Shown here in pieces: positions 26,614-36,860 of a stretch of DNA of 64,000 bases. The notes below the pieces were generated by a model, which was not told the origin of the DNA, searched no databases, and worked only from the letters and a program-made list of their open reading frames with translations. The translations under genes were made by a program, and so were the position numbers. The stretch comes from a bacterium HR21 (GTDB lineage Bacteria; Bacteroidota; Ignavibacteria; Kapaibacteriales; HRBIN21). How positions within the stretch are numbered: the first letter of the stretch is position 1; every line of letters starts with the position of its first letter. The stretch is taken from positions 108,754 to 172,753 of the forward strand of contig BEHX01000003.1 of assembly GCA_002898295.1 (NCBI GenBank), given 5' to 3'.

Positions 26614-27051
26614 ATGCACAGGACTTGGGTGTATTGGCTGGTTCTCGCCGTGATTGGAAGCACCACACTCTCTGCCCAGCAAAATGGGCAACTGCAAACA
26701 CCACCGCCACCACAGGTCATCAAGCCGAAGTTGACCGTGGCGAGCTTGGTCTTCACGCTCAACCTCATCAATAGCGTGGAGATCCAGGGGCGTGAAGTGG
26801 ACGCCTTCTTGGAAGTGCGCAAAGTGCTCAGCGATGCGCTGGACGGGGCACAGAAAGCCAATCGCGCTAACCCCACAGATGAGGTCACGCTGGAGCTGCA
26901 ACTCCCGGTAGCACAGAACCTGGTCACGCTCATGCAGCGGGCACGCATCACTGGTGCAGACGCTGACCGCTATAAGCAGGTCATGGACGCTATCATGGGT
27001 GCAGCTCAGCAGCAAGGGCAAGCTGCCGGTGGTGGTCAACGGCAGCGGTAA
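26614..27051 (+). CDS. Hypothetical exported protein, 145 aa
   Basis: Signal peptide ending TTLSA-QQ, Pro-rich linker, helical core. No family recognised. Confidence 0.7.
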   Translation: MHRTWVYWLVLAVIGSTTLSAQQNGQLQTPPPPQVIKPKLTVASLVFTLNLINSVEIQGREVDAFLEVRKVLSDALDGAQKANRANPTDEVTLELQLPVAQNLVTLMQRARITGADADRYKQVMDAIMGAAQQQGQAAGGGQRQR

Positions 27052-27079
27052 CCGAATCGCTCACAACGCTGTCATAGCA

Positions 27080-27110
27080 GGTGGGCAGGATTCCGCTGCC
27101 CACCGCTTTC
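27080..27110 (+). terminator. Probable intrinsic terminator
   Basis: 9-bp stem GGTGGGCAG(27080-27088)/CTGCCCACC(27096-27104) followed by a weak GCTTTC tract. Confidence 0.5.
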
Positions 27111-27139
27111 GTCTCCGAATCCGAGGGCCTCAGTTCCCC

Positions 27140-28009
27140 ATGCTCCGTAGCATGACCGGGTTCGGGCGGGCAGAAGTAACGCAGCAGGGCGTTCTTCTGA
27201 CTGCCGAAGTGCTAAGCCTCAACAATCGCTTTCTGGAAATTACCTGCCGTCTTCCCCGGCTGCTGGCATCTCGGGAGTGGCAGGTACGGGAGCTTGTGCG
27301 CGAGTCTCTCTCCCGGGGAACTGTGACGGTCACACTCTCTGTCCAGTGGCTGGAAGCCCCTGTACGATCGTTTTCCCCAAAGTTGGCACAGGCATACTAC
27401 CGCATGCTCCAGCAGCTGGTCCAGGTTACCGGAATGGCAGACCAGCCGCGACTGGAGCACCTGTTACGCTTCGCCGAACTTTTCGACTCTGGATATGATC
27501 CCGAGGCTGAGGAGCGTCTCTGGCAAGCAGCACAGCAAGCATTGCGGAAGGCACTCGGTCAGCTGCAGCAGATGCGCCGCACAGAGGGGAAGAACCTAGC
27601 CGCCGATATCCGGCACCGCCTCCGGACCATTGAGCGGATCATCGGAGCAATTGCCCGGCGGAGCACCGAGCGCATCTCTGAAGCCCAGCAGCAACTGCGC
27701 AAACGCGTCGCTGCCCTGCTGCAGGATGTCCCCGACCCACAACGCCTCTACCAAGAGTTTGCCCTCATGGCAGACCGGCTCGACGTCAGCGAAGAATGCA
27801 CGCGCCTACGAAGCCACCTCCAGCTCCTGCGTCAGCTCCTGCGCGAACGCGAGCCCGTGGGACGCCGCATGACGTTTCTGCTCCAGGAAATGCAGCGCGA
27901 GGCAAACACCATCGGTGCGAAGGCAAACGACGCCCCCATCTCCCACTGGGTCGTCCAGCTCAAAGAAGAGCTGGAACGCATCCGCGAACAAGCCCAAAAC
28001 ATCGAGTAG
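27140..28009 (+). CDS. yicC: YicC/YloC family endoribonuclease
   Basis: MLRSMTGFGR, SLNNRFLE, DVSEECTRL, GRRMTFLLQEMQREANTIGAK, ERIREQAQNIE. Confidence 0.93.
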   Translation: MLRSMTGFGRAEVTQQGVLLTAEVLSLNNRFLEITCRLPRLLASREWQVRELVRESLSRGTVTVTLSVQWLEAPVRSFSPKLAQAYYRMLQQLVQVTGMADQPRLEHLLRFAELFDSGYDPEAEERLWQAAQQALRKALGQLQQMRRTEGKNLAADIRHRLRTIERIIGAIARRSTERISEAQQQLRKRVAALLQDVPDPQRLYQEFALMADRLDVSEECTRLRSHLQLLRQLLREREPVGRRMTFLLQEMQREANTIGAKANDAPISHWVVQLKEELERIREQAQNIE

Positions 28010-28014
28010 CCCCG

Positions 28015-28614
28015 ATGTCTTCCCCTGGCAGACGTCGACACCTCATCGTCATCTCTGCCCCCAGTGGGGCAGGGAAGACAACTGTTGCGCGCCATCTCCT
28101 GAGCCGTTTTCCGCAGCTTCGCTTCTCGGTCTCCGCCACAACCCGTCCCCGCCGCCCCGGAGAGATTGACGGGCGCGATTACTTTTTCCTGACCCGCGAG
28201 CAGTTCGAAGCCGCTATCCAGGCCGGAGAGCTGGTAGAGTACGAGGAAATCTTCGGGCATCTCTACGGGACGCTCCGCTCGCAAGTCGAAGATGCACTGC
28301 AGCGTGGGGAGTTTCTCCTCTTCGACGTCGACGTCAAGGGAGCGCTCTCGCTGCGCCGTGCCTATCCGCAGGAGACGTTCCTGCTCTACATTGCCCCACC
28401 CAGCTTGGAAGAGCTCGAACGTCGTCTGCGCCAGCGCGGGACAGAAACAGAGGAGCAGATTCGCCAACGGCTCCAGCGGGCTGCAATGGAGTTACGCTAC
28501 CAAGACGCCTTCGACGCCGTCATTCGTAACGAGCAACTGGAGGAGACACTTCGGCAGGCGGAGCATCTGGTTGCCCAGATTCTCGGTGTTGAAGTCCCGT
28601 CGCCCGCGCCGTAG
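28015..28614 (+). CDS. gmk: Guanylate kinase
   Basis: ISAPSGAGKTT, SVSATTRPRRPGEIDGRDYFF, YGT, DVDVKGA. Confidence 0.96.
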   Translation: MSSPGRRRHLIVISAPSGAGKTTVARHLLSRFPQLRFSVSATTRPRRPGEIDGRDYFFLTREQFEAAIQAGELVEYEEIFGHLYGTLRSQVEDALQRGEFLLFDVDVKGALSLRRAYPQETFLLYIAPPSLEELERRLRQRGTETEEQIRQRLQRAAMELRYQDAFDAVIRNEQLEETLRQAEHLVAQILGVEVPSPAP

Positions 28615-29665
28615 CACGCAGCTCTTCGAGCACGCCTGCCATATCTGCTGGGAGCGGTGCTTCAAACTCTCGCCACTGCCGCGTGATCGGGTGAAAGAAG
28701 CCAAGCGTCCGTGCGTGGAGCGCCTGACGGGGCAGCAGCTCCAAACACCGGCGCGCGCACTGCCGCCACCGCGGGTCTGTGGTCGCGCCGCGAGGACTAT
28801 CCCCACCGTAGAGCGGATCCCCCAACAGCGGATGCCCGAGCCAGGCACAGTGGACACGAATCTGATGAGTCCGTCCGGTATGCAGGCGAAAGCGCACCAG
28901 ACTAGCGATCGGGTACTCCTCCAGGACCCAATACTCCGTCCGCGCGGGCTTGCCCGAGGGGACAACGGCAAAGGCTTTCCGATTGCGTGGAGAGCGTCCG
29001 ATGGGTGCGTCAATGATCCCATGGCGCTCTGGCATGTGCCCCCAGACAATGCCCCAGTATTCTCGCTGGATACGGCGCTGCGCGAACTGTTCTGCCAGAA
29101 CAGCATGGAGAGCTGAGTCCTTCGTGATGAGTAGCAGCCCAGAGGTATCCTTGTCGAGCCGATGCACGATTCCCGGGCGGACCGCATCGCTGGCGAAGAT
29201 GGCTCCTTCATCCTCGAGCTCATCTTCGACATCCGTCTGCACCTGGATCGGCTGCCGTACCCCAAGGTGGTAGAGCACAGCGTTGACTACCGTCCCACGC
29301 CGATGCCCAATTCCCGGATGAGTCGGCATCCCTGCCGGTTTGTTGATAACCAGGAGCGCGTCGTCCTCGTAGAGGATCTCCAGCGGTAGCGGCTCCGGCA
29401 CAAGCTCAATCGGGGGAAGGCGGAAGAGGGTACAGACAATGTGGTCGCCCGGACGCACTTTATAGCTGGGCTTTGGCACAGAACCGTTGACTGTCACCGC
29501 TCCTGCCTCAATTGCTCGCTGTACCTTCGTGCGGCTGGCATGTGGAAGCATCCGCGCAAGCCACACATCCACCCGCTCAGGGCGTTGCCCCTCGGGGATA
29601 GAGAACTCGTAGGTAACCGGGATACGCTCCACGAGCGCCTCCTGGCTTCCCTCCAGTGCAGGCAT
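28520..29665 (-). CDS. rluD: RluA/RluD family 23S rRNA pseudouridine synthase
   Basis: S4 domain, INKPAGM, GIVHRLDKDTSG catalytic Asp, TGRTHQIRVH, RQALHA. Confidence 0.93.
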   Translation of the reverse strand: MPALEGSQEALVERIPVTYEFSIPEGQRPERVDVWLARMLPHASRTKVQRAIEAGAVTVNGSVPKPSYKVRPGDHIVCTLFRLPPIELVPEPLPLEILYEDDALLVINKPAGMPTHPGIGHRRGTVVNAVLYHLGVRQPIQVQTDVEDELEDEGAIFASDAVRPGIVHRLDKDTSGLLLITKDSALHAVLAEQFAQRRIQREYWGIVWGHMPERHGIIDAPIGRSPRNRKAFAVVPSGKPARTEYWVLEEYPIASLVRFRLHTGRTHQIRVHCAWLGHPLLGDPLYGGDSPRGATTDPRWRQCARRCLELLPRQALHARTLGFFHPITRQWREFEAPLPADMAGVLEELRATARATGLQHRESGQPDAPPAEVSPPVARYE

Positions 29666-29669
29666 TCCT

Positions 29670-32600
29670 CTATGCACTCCGCCCGTGGCAGTGCTTGTAC
29701 TTCTTCCCTGAACCACACGGACAGGGATCATTCCGCCCGACGCGCGGCATCGTGTTGACAACCGGGCGCGGTTTGCTCACCGTCCCCGCTGGCGCATCTT
29801 GCACTACCGTGGCAACCGAAGCACTCACGGCGCTGGGAGATTCCGGATGCGAGAAACGGAGAGCCGAAGCAGGGATACGTTGCTGCGGGCGAAGCCCGAT
29901 ACCGACGGACTGCTGCCGAGCTGGCGGCACCAGAGAAGGCTGGACCGCCTCCATAACGGGCGGGAAGTACTTGAAGACAAAGTGGACCGCCTCCCGATTG
30001 ATGTCCTTGATGAGCTGGACGAAGAGGTTGTAAGCCTCGGCTTTGTACTCCAGCAGCGGGTCCTTCTGCCCATAGGCTCGAAGGTGGATGCCTTCACGGA
30101 GCTCATCCATTGCGCGAAGGTGTTCGCGCCACTTCTCATCGATGGTCATCAGGATTGCGAAGCGCTCCAGCTGCGCCATAAAGTCGCTGCCCAGGAGCGC
30201 CTCTTTGCGCTGGTAGAAATCGCGAGCTGCCTCAAGGATGCGTTCGACACACTCCTCTTTGGTCATCTCTGGGAATTCCTCCGGTGCGATGGCAGGCTCG
30301 CACAGCAGGATTGCGCGGACAGTGTTCTTCAACCCCTCCAGGTCTCCATCCGGGTGGTATGTGGTGTACCAATCCTCGGCAAGCTCGCGGATGTACTGGA
30401 AGATTTCGCCCTTGAGGCGCTCGCCCATCAGGGCATGGCGGCGGCGGTCGTAGATGATCTCGCGCTGCTGGTTCATGACATTATCGTACTCGAGCAGCCG
30501 CTTACGGATGGCGAAATTTTGCTCTTCAACTTTCTTCTGTGCCCGCTCAATGGCGCGGGTAATCATCGGGTGTTGGATGGGTTCGCCTTCGGGCACTTTG
30601 AGCCGCTGCATGATCGCAGCGATGCGGGGTCCGCCAAAGAGGCGCAGGAGGTCGTCTTCAAGGGAGATGAAAAACTGCGATGTACCGGGGTCGCCCTGGC
30701 GTCCGGAACGTCCCCGGAGCTGGCGGTCGATGCGACGCGCTTCGTGCCGCTCGGTCCCGATGACGGCTAACCCGCCCGCAGCGCGGACATCGGGATCGAG
30801 CTTGATATCGGTCCCACGCCCTGCCATATTTGTCGCTATCGTGACAGCGCCTTTCCGCCCCGCCTGGGCAATAATTTCGGCCTCCCGCTGATGGTGCTTC
30901 GCGTTGAGCACGTTGTGCGGAATTCCTAAGCGGCGAAGCATTCGGCTCAAGGTCTCGGAGGCTTCCACACTGGTTGTTCCGACCAATACGGCACGCCCCT
31001 GCTGCAGCAGCCGCTGAATTTCCTGGATAACGGCGTTGTATTTCTCCCGCTTCGTCCGGAAGACCAAATCGTCGAGGTCCTTGCGAATGACAGGCTTATT
31101 GGTCGGGATGACCACGACATCGAGACCGTAGATTTTGTCGAATTCCGCTGCCTCGGTCTCAGCCGTTCCAGTCATGCCCGCCAGCTTGCGGTAGAGGCGG
31201 AAGTAATTCTGGATGGTGATCGTTGCCAGCGTCTGGGTGTCCTGCTCGACCGTCACGCCCTCTTTGGCTTCAATTGCCTGGTGTAGCCCGTCAGAGTAGC
31301 GGCGCCCTTCGAGGATGCGTCCGGTGAACTCGTCGACAATCTTGACTTTTCCATCCTGGACAACGTAGTCCACGTCCCGCTCGTAGAGCGAGTATGCCCG
31401 CAGGAGCTGGTTGATGACGTGGACGCGTTCGCTGCGTTCTGCATAGAGCCGGAAGATCTCATCTTTCCGGCGTTGCTTCTCCTCCGGGGAGAGGTCGGGG
31501 TTCTGCTCGATCAAGCTGACTTCGGTGCCGACATCGGGGATCAGGAACATATCGGGGTCTTCGCCAGCCTGTGCCAGGAGCTGGCGTCCTTTCTCGGTAA
31601 TGTCAACCTGGTGGGTCTTCTCGTCGATGGTGTAGTAGAGCTCTTCGTCGAGCTCGTGCAGGTGAATGCCCTGGTCGCGCAGGTAGTAGAGCTCGGTTTC
31701 CTGCAGGAGCTTCTTTGTGTCGTCGTTGGATAAGAGCTTCAGCAGCCGTTTATGCTTCGGCAATCCTCGGTGTGCCTGTAGGAGGAGTTTGCCTGCGTGT
31801 TCGCGGTCGTCCTTGTTGCCTGATTGCAATAAGCGTTCGGCTTCGGCAACCAGGCGGTTGATCAGGCGTGTCTGCGCCTCAACCAGGCGCTTGACACGCG
31901 GGTTCATGCGCACGAATTCCTCATTACTGGAAGTCACCGGACCGGAGATGATGAGCGGGGTACGAGCTTCGTCGATGAGGATGGAATCTACCTCATCCAC
32001 GATGGCATACCAGTGCTCGCGCTGGACGATATCGTTGGGGTCCAGCGCCATATTGTCCCGCAGGTAATCGAAGCCGAATTCGGAGTTCGTCCCGTAGGTG
32101 ATGTCGCACTGGTACTGCTTCTTCCGCTCCGGGATAGACATCTGCGCTTGGATACATCCGACACTCATCCCGAGCATCTCGAAGACAGGACCCATCCACT
32201 GGGCATCGCGCCGGGCCAGATAGTCGTTGACCGTCACCAAGTGCACACCGCGTCCGGGTAACGCATTCAGGTAGAGGGGCATCACCGCAACGAGGGTCTT
32301 CCCCTCCCCGGTTGCCATCTCGGCAATCTTGCCCTGGTGGAGGACAATTGCGCCCATGAGCTGTACATCGAAGGGCACCATGTCCCAGACAACCTGGTGC
32401 CCGACAACTTCGTACGTATACTGCCGCTCTGCCAGCCGGCGGCAGGCTTCCTTGACCACCGCATAGGCCTGAGGGAGAAGCTCGTCGAGCGTCTGCTGAA
32501 TGATACGGTATTCCTCCTCGTCCAACTGCGCCAGGCGATCGTAGATTTCCAGGCGCTCCTCGTACGAAAAATCGTGAGTCCGCAATTGTTCGCGCAAGCT

Positions 32601-32798
32601 CTCAATTTCCTGCCGATAGCGTTCGGTGCGTTCCCGGAGGATGGAACGGAAGAGGTCCGTCTTGGCTCGCAGCTCAGCGTCCGTCAGCGTATGGAGCTGC
32701 TCGTACTCGCGGTTGATTGCCTCGACAATCGGGAGCAGCTGGCGAATGTCTCGCTCACGCTTGGTCGGAAAGAGTTTCTGCAAGAGCTTCACAAGCAT
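29670..32798 (-). CDS. secA: Preprotein translocase subunit SecA
   Basis: [40 protein letters not shown]-terminal [19 protein letters not shown]. 1042 aa with FCB-type insertions. Confidence 0.99.
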   Translation of the reverse strand: MLVKLLQKLFPTKRERDIRQLLPIVEAINREYEQLHTLTDAELRAKTDLFRSILRERTERYRQEIESLREQLRTHDFSYEERLEIYDRLAQLDEEEYRIIQQTLDELLPQAYAVVKEACRRLAERQYTYEVVGHQVVWDMVPFDVQLMGAIVLHQGKIAEMATGEGKTLVAVMPLYLNALPGRGVHLVTVNDYLARRDAQWMGPVFEMLGMSVGCIQAQMSIPERKKQYQCDITYGTNSEFGFDYLRDNMALDPNDIVQREHWYAIVDEVDSILIDEARTPLIISGPVTSSNEEFVRMNPRVKRLVEAQTRLINRLVAEAERLLQSGNKDDREHAGKLLLQAHRGLPKHKRLLKLLSNDDTKKLLQETELYYLRDQGIHLHELDEELYYTIDEKTHQVDITEKGRQLLAQAGEDPDMFLIPDVGTEVSLIEQNPDLSPEEKQRRKDEIFRLYAERSERVHVINQLLRAYSLYERDVDYVVQDGKVKIVDEFTGRILEGRRYSDGLHQAIEAKEGVTVEQDTQTLATITIQNYFRLYRKLAGMTGTAETEAAEFDKIYGLDVVVIPTNKPVIRKDLDDLVFRTKREKYNAVIQEIQRLLQQGRAVLVGTTSVEASETLSRMLRRLGIPHNVLNAKHHQREAEIIAQAGRKGAVTIATNMAGRGTDIKLDPDVRAAGGLAVIGTERHEARRIDRQLRGRSGRQGDPGTSQFFISLEDDLLRLFGGPRIAAIMQRLKVPEGEPIQHPMITRAIERAQKKVEEQNFAIRKRLLEYDNVMNQQREIIYDRRRHALMGERLKGEIFQYIRELAEDWYTTYHPDGDLEGLKNTVRAILLCEPAIAPEEFPEMTKEECVERILEAARDFYQRKEALLGSDFMAQLERFAILMTIDEKWREHLRAMDELREGIHLRAYGQKDPLLEYKAEAYNLFVQLIKDINREAVHFVFKYFPPVMEAVQPSLVPPARQQSVGIGLRPQQRIPASALRFSHPESPSAVSASVATVVQDAPAGTVSKPRPVVNTMPRVGRNDPCPCGSGKKYKHCHGRSA

Positions 32799-32898
32799 CC
32801 GAGTTCTTACGGCAAGGCTCTGTCTAACAAACCGCCGCTAGAGACGCAGGAAGTATCGGGTTTGTGCGTCTTCTCGTCCTGCAGTCGACAGGTGTCCA

Positions 32899-33162
32899 AT
32901 GGACGAACAGCTGTACATCTTCTCCATCGAGAATGCTCTGCGCCAGATGGAGCATGCACCCCGGGAGCGCGGCTACTACATTCTGCGCTTCTACGTCGAC
33001 GAACAGGGGATGCCGGCGCGCTTCCCCACAGACCGCACCGACATCTTCTACCTTTCCCCTTCCGGGGGAATTTTGCGGGACCGGAGCTTCAACATCGTCC
33101 TCTACAGTGCCAGGCTGGACGCCTACCGCGGATATGGGCGATTGACCGAGCACGGAGAATGA
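32899..33162 (+). CDS. Hypothetical protein, 87 aa
   Basis: Compact ORF with protein-like composition. ATGA overlap with the cysteine desulfurase gene. Confidence 0.7.
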   Translation: MDEQLYIFSIENALRQMEHAPRERGYYILRFYVDEQGMPARFPTDRTDIFYLSPSGGILRDRSFNIVLYSARLDAYRGYGRLTEHGE

Positions 33163-34349
33163 CGCGACGCTCCGTCTACTTGGATCACAGCGCGACAACG
33201 CCTCTGGACCCAGAGGTGCTCGAGGCGATGCTGCCTTGGTTGCGCGACCATTTCGGCAACGCCTCCTCGCTCCACGCCTGGGGGCGCCGCGCCCGGGTTG
33301 CCGTTGAAGAAGCCCGGGAGGAGATCGCCTCTCTTATCGGGGCACATCCCTCTGAACTTGTCTTCACCAGCGGGGGAACGGAAGCGAACAACGCCATTTT
33401 GAAGAGCTGCTGCGTAGAATCTCGGTTGGTCGACACCATCGTCTACAGCGCAGTTGAGCATCACGCCGTCATTCACCCGGCGGAGGCACTGGCAGAACAG
33501 GGCTTCCAGACTGCCGTCCTGCCCGTGGACTCATACGGTCGCGTCCGCGTTGAGGACGTCGCTCGCTGGAATCGCCCTCGGACGCTGATTTCTGTAATGC
33601 ACGCGAACAACGAAACCGGAGTGATTGAGCCATTGGAAGCGATCCGGGCAGCGGCTCCCGATGCCCTCCTCCATACCGATGCGGTCCAGTCTTTCGGAAA
33701 AATCCCGGTCAACGTTCGGCAGCTCGGGGTCGATTTTGCCAGCTTCTCCGCTCACAAAATCCACGGTCCGAAGGGGATTGGTGCGATGTACATCCGGCGT
33801 GGTATTCCCTTCAAGGCTCACCAGCACGGCGGCTCCCAGGAACGGAATCGGCGTGCAGGAACAGAGCCAGTGGCTCTCATCGTGGGCTTCCAGGTTGCAG
33901 CACGGAAAGCGATCAGTCAACTGGAACAGCGCGCCCGCCGGATGCGCCAGCTGAGCCAGCTCCTGCGGCAACTGCTGCACGAGCGCATCCCCGGTGTCCT
34001 GTTCAACACTCCCGAGGAAGGCGCCCTGCCGAACATCGTCAACATTACCTTCACCGACGCTCATGCCCTCGACGGAGATGCTCTCATCCTGGGCATGGAC
34101 TTCTACGGGGTAGCGGTCTCTAACGGTTCCGCCTGCACTGCCGGCAGTATGCAGCCTTCCCACGTCCTCCGAGCAATGGGGCGATCCCCAGCCCAGGCAC
34201 GGGCAGCGATTCGCTTTTCCCTCTCGCACGAGACCACAGAGGAGGATATCCGCTACGCTGTCGAAGCGCTCGAGCGCGTCCTGCAACCAATGCGCCAGCG
34301 GCGCTCTATGGGACACATCCCCGCTGGAGAGCCGTCTGAAACTCCGTAA
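33159..34349 (+). CDS. iscS: Cysteine desulfurase (IscS/NifS group I)
   Basis: YLDHSATT, FTSGGTEANN, HTDAVQ, SAHKIHGPKGIG (PLP Lys), SNGSACTAG (catalytic Cys). Confidence 0.93.
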   Translation: MTRRSVYLDHSATTPLDPEVLEAMLPWLRDHFGNASSLHAWGRRARVAVEEAREEIASLIGAHPSELVFTSGGTEANNAILKSCCVESRLVDTIVYSAVEHHAVIHPAEALAEQGFQTAVLPVDSYGRVRVEDVARWNRPRTLISVMHANNETGVIEPLEAIRAAAPDALLHTDAVQSFGKIPVNVRQLGVDFASFSAHKIHGPKGIGAMYIRRGIPFKAHQHGGSQERNRRAGTEPVALIVGFQVAARKAISQLEQRARRMRQLSQLLRQLLHERIPGVLFNTPEEGALPNIVNITFTDAHALDGDALILGMDFYGVAVSNGSACTAGSMQPSHVLRAMGRSPAQARAAIRFSLSHETTEEDIRYAVEALERVLQPMRQRRSMGHIPAGEPSETP

Positions 34350-34821
34350 GGAAACGCTCCGTAAAGGTTTCCGGCATCCTCTGGAGAAGCGGCTTCAAAA
34401 GAGGGCGAGGAGAAAATTCGAGCACGTACCGCACGCGCGCCCCCCCTTCGCGGCTGGGCGCTACCTCCCACCGCCCGCGGTAGAGCGTAAAGTACGCCTG
34501 CCGCACATCCTCAAACTCGATCACTGCTGGAGGTTGCTCTCGAACCCGGAGCTCAAAGTAGACGCTCACCGGGAAGAACGGCAGGACCTGGAGCCGGAGC
34601 CGCTGGAAGAGGCGGATAGCACTATCCCCCTCACGCCCGAGGACGCGACTCTCCTCAACGCTCGGCAGTATTTCCGCTAGCTTCCCATAGCTTGTCAGAC
34701 ACCGCCACACCGCTGCTACAGGTGCCCCAACCACGAACGAGGCGTCAACGCGATACAACTGCCCAGAGCGGCTCACGTGCAGCCGCGGACCCTCTGCCCC
34801 GTATCCCCAGAGCGAGGACAC
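34306..34821 (-). CDS. SRPBCC/START-like (polyketide cyclase) family protein; start uncertain
   Basis: VGAPVAAVWRCLTSYGKLAEILPSVEESRVL, LYRGRWEV, VRYVLEFSP. No nearby in-frame ATG, so GTG 34821 is used provisionally. Confidence 0.7.
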   Translation of the reverse strand: MSSLWGYGAEGPRLHVSRSGQLYRVDASFVVGAPVAAVWRCLTSYGKLAEILPSVEESRVLGREGDSAIRLFQRLRLQVLPFFPVSVYFELRVREQPPAVIEFEDVRQAYFTLYRGRWEVAPSREGGARVRYVLEFSPRPLLKPLLQRMPETFTERFLTEFQTALQRGCVP

Positions 34822-34897
34822 AACGATGCAGATACAGAAAAGCCCGGGCAGGAAGCAGCACCTGCTACTGCCCGGGCACTGTCCCCACCACCTCCAC

Positions 34898-36220
34898 TCA
34901 GAAGCCCATCTGCACCGCAGCCCGAACGCCGACAACCGTCTGCCGTTCAATGCGATTCCCCTGTGTTCGGATAACCGTGATTTGATCCCACTGGTGGAGC
35001 AGCACATAGGCACCGACACCCTGCTCAATGGCGACCGGCACATCGAGCCAGATAGGAACTTCAGCAATGAGCTTGACACGCCCATCGAGGAAAGAGAACG
35101 CCACCATGGGCAGAAGCTCCTGGATGGGTTTATCCCCAATGGGCTGGGGCACGCTTTGACTCAATCCCTGTCCCATCGCCGTATCGGGACGCAGGAAGCT
35201 ATAGCGGATACCGCCCGTGACAGTCTTCCACGACACTTGCGCCGCAACCCATGCCCCGAGCGCAGAGAGCTCTCCGTACGTGTTCTTGTAGCGTGCCCAG
35301 AGTGCTTCTCCTTCCACCGAGAGGCGTACCGGGTCGAGAGCAACCGAGAGGGAGAGATCCCCACCAGCTGCCAGGAACTCTCCAACCTCCAGAGGACGCC
35401 GGGCAATGTAGGGGTTCCAGTTCGCCTGCAGCAGCAGCGGCTTATCCTTGGAGCGGACGTTCAAAACCGTTGAGTGCCCTGTCAAGGCGTCCTTCGAGTA
35501 GAGAACGTTGGCAGCCACATTCCAGGCAACGTCTTGAGTCGGACGCGGAGCGGGGAAGAGCCATGCGTTGCCTTCAAATCCACCCCGGAGTCCAACACGG
35601 GCGACCACCAGCGGCAACATCTCAACAACCTCCGGCAGATACCGCTCCGGCACATCGCGCCCGACCCCAGTCTGGATAGCCAGAGCGAAATCCAGCATCT
35701 CTCCAACCGTCCCATGGAGTGCCCCACCCACATCCCGTCCCATGCCGAAAAAGAGCCACACAGGCGAACGCTCCGCAAAGCTCATGTCCTGATACTTCAG
35801 CAGCTGCTCTCGTCCAAACGGCACCTTGAACTGCCCGAGCCGGACGTACAGCTGGCGCGCGAAAGGCAGACGGACATCCCCGTAGAAGTCCAGCAGCGTG
35901 GGGTTCAATCCCCAGGTGGGGTTTGTCGCTGGAGAGAGCGGAATTTCCGCCTCGCGTCCGGTTAGCGTCAGCTCACTGTAGAGGTGCATGCCCTTGTAGT
36001 CAGCCGCGAGGCTAAGCCGGGCATTCCGGAGGAAGTGGAAGAGCTGTGTCTTATGCCGATACGGATCATCCACTCGCTGCACAAGCCACAGCGGGCGGAT
36101 CATTCCTCCAAAGCGCAACGTGACATCTCCCGCCGTCACCTCTGCCGCCGAGAGCCTAACCGGCGCAACTGCCAGCAGCGCCCCAGTGGCAAGTCTGAGC
36201 GTCAACGAGTACCGCATCAT
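34898..36220 (-). CDS. Porin (OprO/OprP-like family)
   Basis: Signal peptide, FLRNARL, LLDFYGD, RLGQFKVPFGREQL, FAERS, GRDVG. C-terminal Phe. Confidence 0.75.
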   Translation of the reverse strand: MMRYSLTLRLATGALLAVAPVRLSAAEVTAGDVTLRFGGMIRPLWLVQRVDDPYRHKTQLFHFLRNARLSLAADYKGMHLYSELTLTGREAEIPLSPATNPTWGLNPTLLDFYGDVRLPFARQLYVRLGQFKVPFGREQLLKYQDMSFAERSPVWLFFGMGRDVGGALHGTVGEMLDFALAIQTGVGRDVPERYLPEVVEMLPLVVARVGLRGGFEGNAWLFPAPRPTQDVAWNVAANVLYSKDALTGHSTVLNVRSKDKPLLLQANWNPYIARRPLEVGEFLAAGGDLSLSVALDPVRLSVEGEALWARYKNTYGELSALGAWVAAQVSWKTVTGGIRYSFLRPDTAMGQGLSQSVPQPIGDKPIQELLPMVAFSFLDGRVKLIAEVPIWLDVPVAIEQGVGAYVLLHQWDQITVIRTQGNRIERQTVVGVRAAVQMGF

Positions 36221-36252
36221 TGGAGCACCTCGTGAGATTATGAGACATACGC

Positions 36253-36831
36253 TTACCGCATCCCGAGGAAGAGGTCGAAGTGGACCCGGACCTCGTCATG
36301 GACTTTCATGACCACCATGAAGGTCCGGGGTTTGATGCCGAAGTCGGTCATCCGCAGCGTCGTACTGCCCGTAATCCGAATGCGCTTGTCCTGCACTGAC
36401 CACTGCGCCGGGATAGTCAGCAGCCGCTCCTTCCCGGCAACGGTCAGCCACCCGATGATGTGGACGGGGATTCCCCCTTGACCGGCACCACCTGCTGGCA
36501 CGCACTCCTTGAGACGGAATGTAATCGTAGGGTACTTCTCGGCTCTCAGGTCTTCGTACATGTTCTCGTCCAACCCCTCGGTCCCGGATTTGAGTCCGCG
36601 GACGGGGATCCGGACCACCGCCTCAACGATGTTCCATCGGAGAGCACCCGCATCCTCTGCGGCGTGCCCCGTCACGGTTAGCTCTGTAGCCGTTGCTTTC
36701 CAGGCGTGTAAGGTAGAGTTTCCCTCAATCCAGAGCTTGCTCTCTGGGAGCAGGAAGAGCTGCTGTGCTGACACTGGGGCACTCAGGAGAAGCCCACCGA
36801 GTACGCCTCCAATTTTCCACCACTGCCGCAT
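36253..36831 (-). CDS. YceI family lipid/polyisoprenoid-binding protein, exported
   Basis: SKLWIEGNSTLHAW, LRAEKYPTITF, GWLTVAG, LRMTDFGIKP. Signal peptide from ATG 36831. Confidence 0.85.
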   Translation of the reverse strand: MRQWWKIGGVLGGLLLSAPVSAQQLFLLPESKLWIEGNSTLHAWKATATELTVTGHAAEDAGALRWNIVEAVVRIPVRGLKSGTEGLDENMYEDLRAEKYPTITFRLKECVPAGGAGQGGIPVHIIGWLTVAGKERLLTIPAQWSVQDKRIRITGSTTLRMTDFGIKPRTFMVVMKVHDEVRVHFDLFLGMR

Positions 36832-36860
36832 GGAGGGTTCTGCACCCGTTTGACCGAGTG

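Noticed and set aside
32337-33158. Long N-terminal extension of the cysteine desulfurase ORF (670 aa in the track)
   Set aside because: It overlaps secA antisense and the 87-aa gene. IscS homology starts at MTRRSVYLDHSATT.
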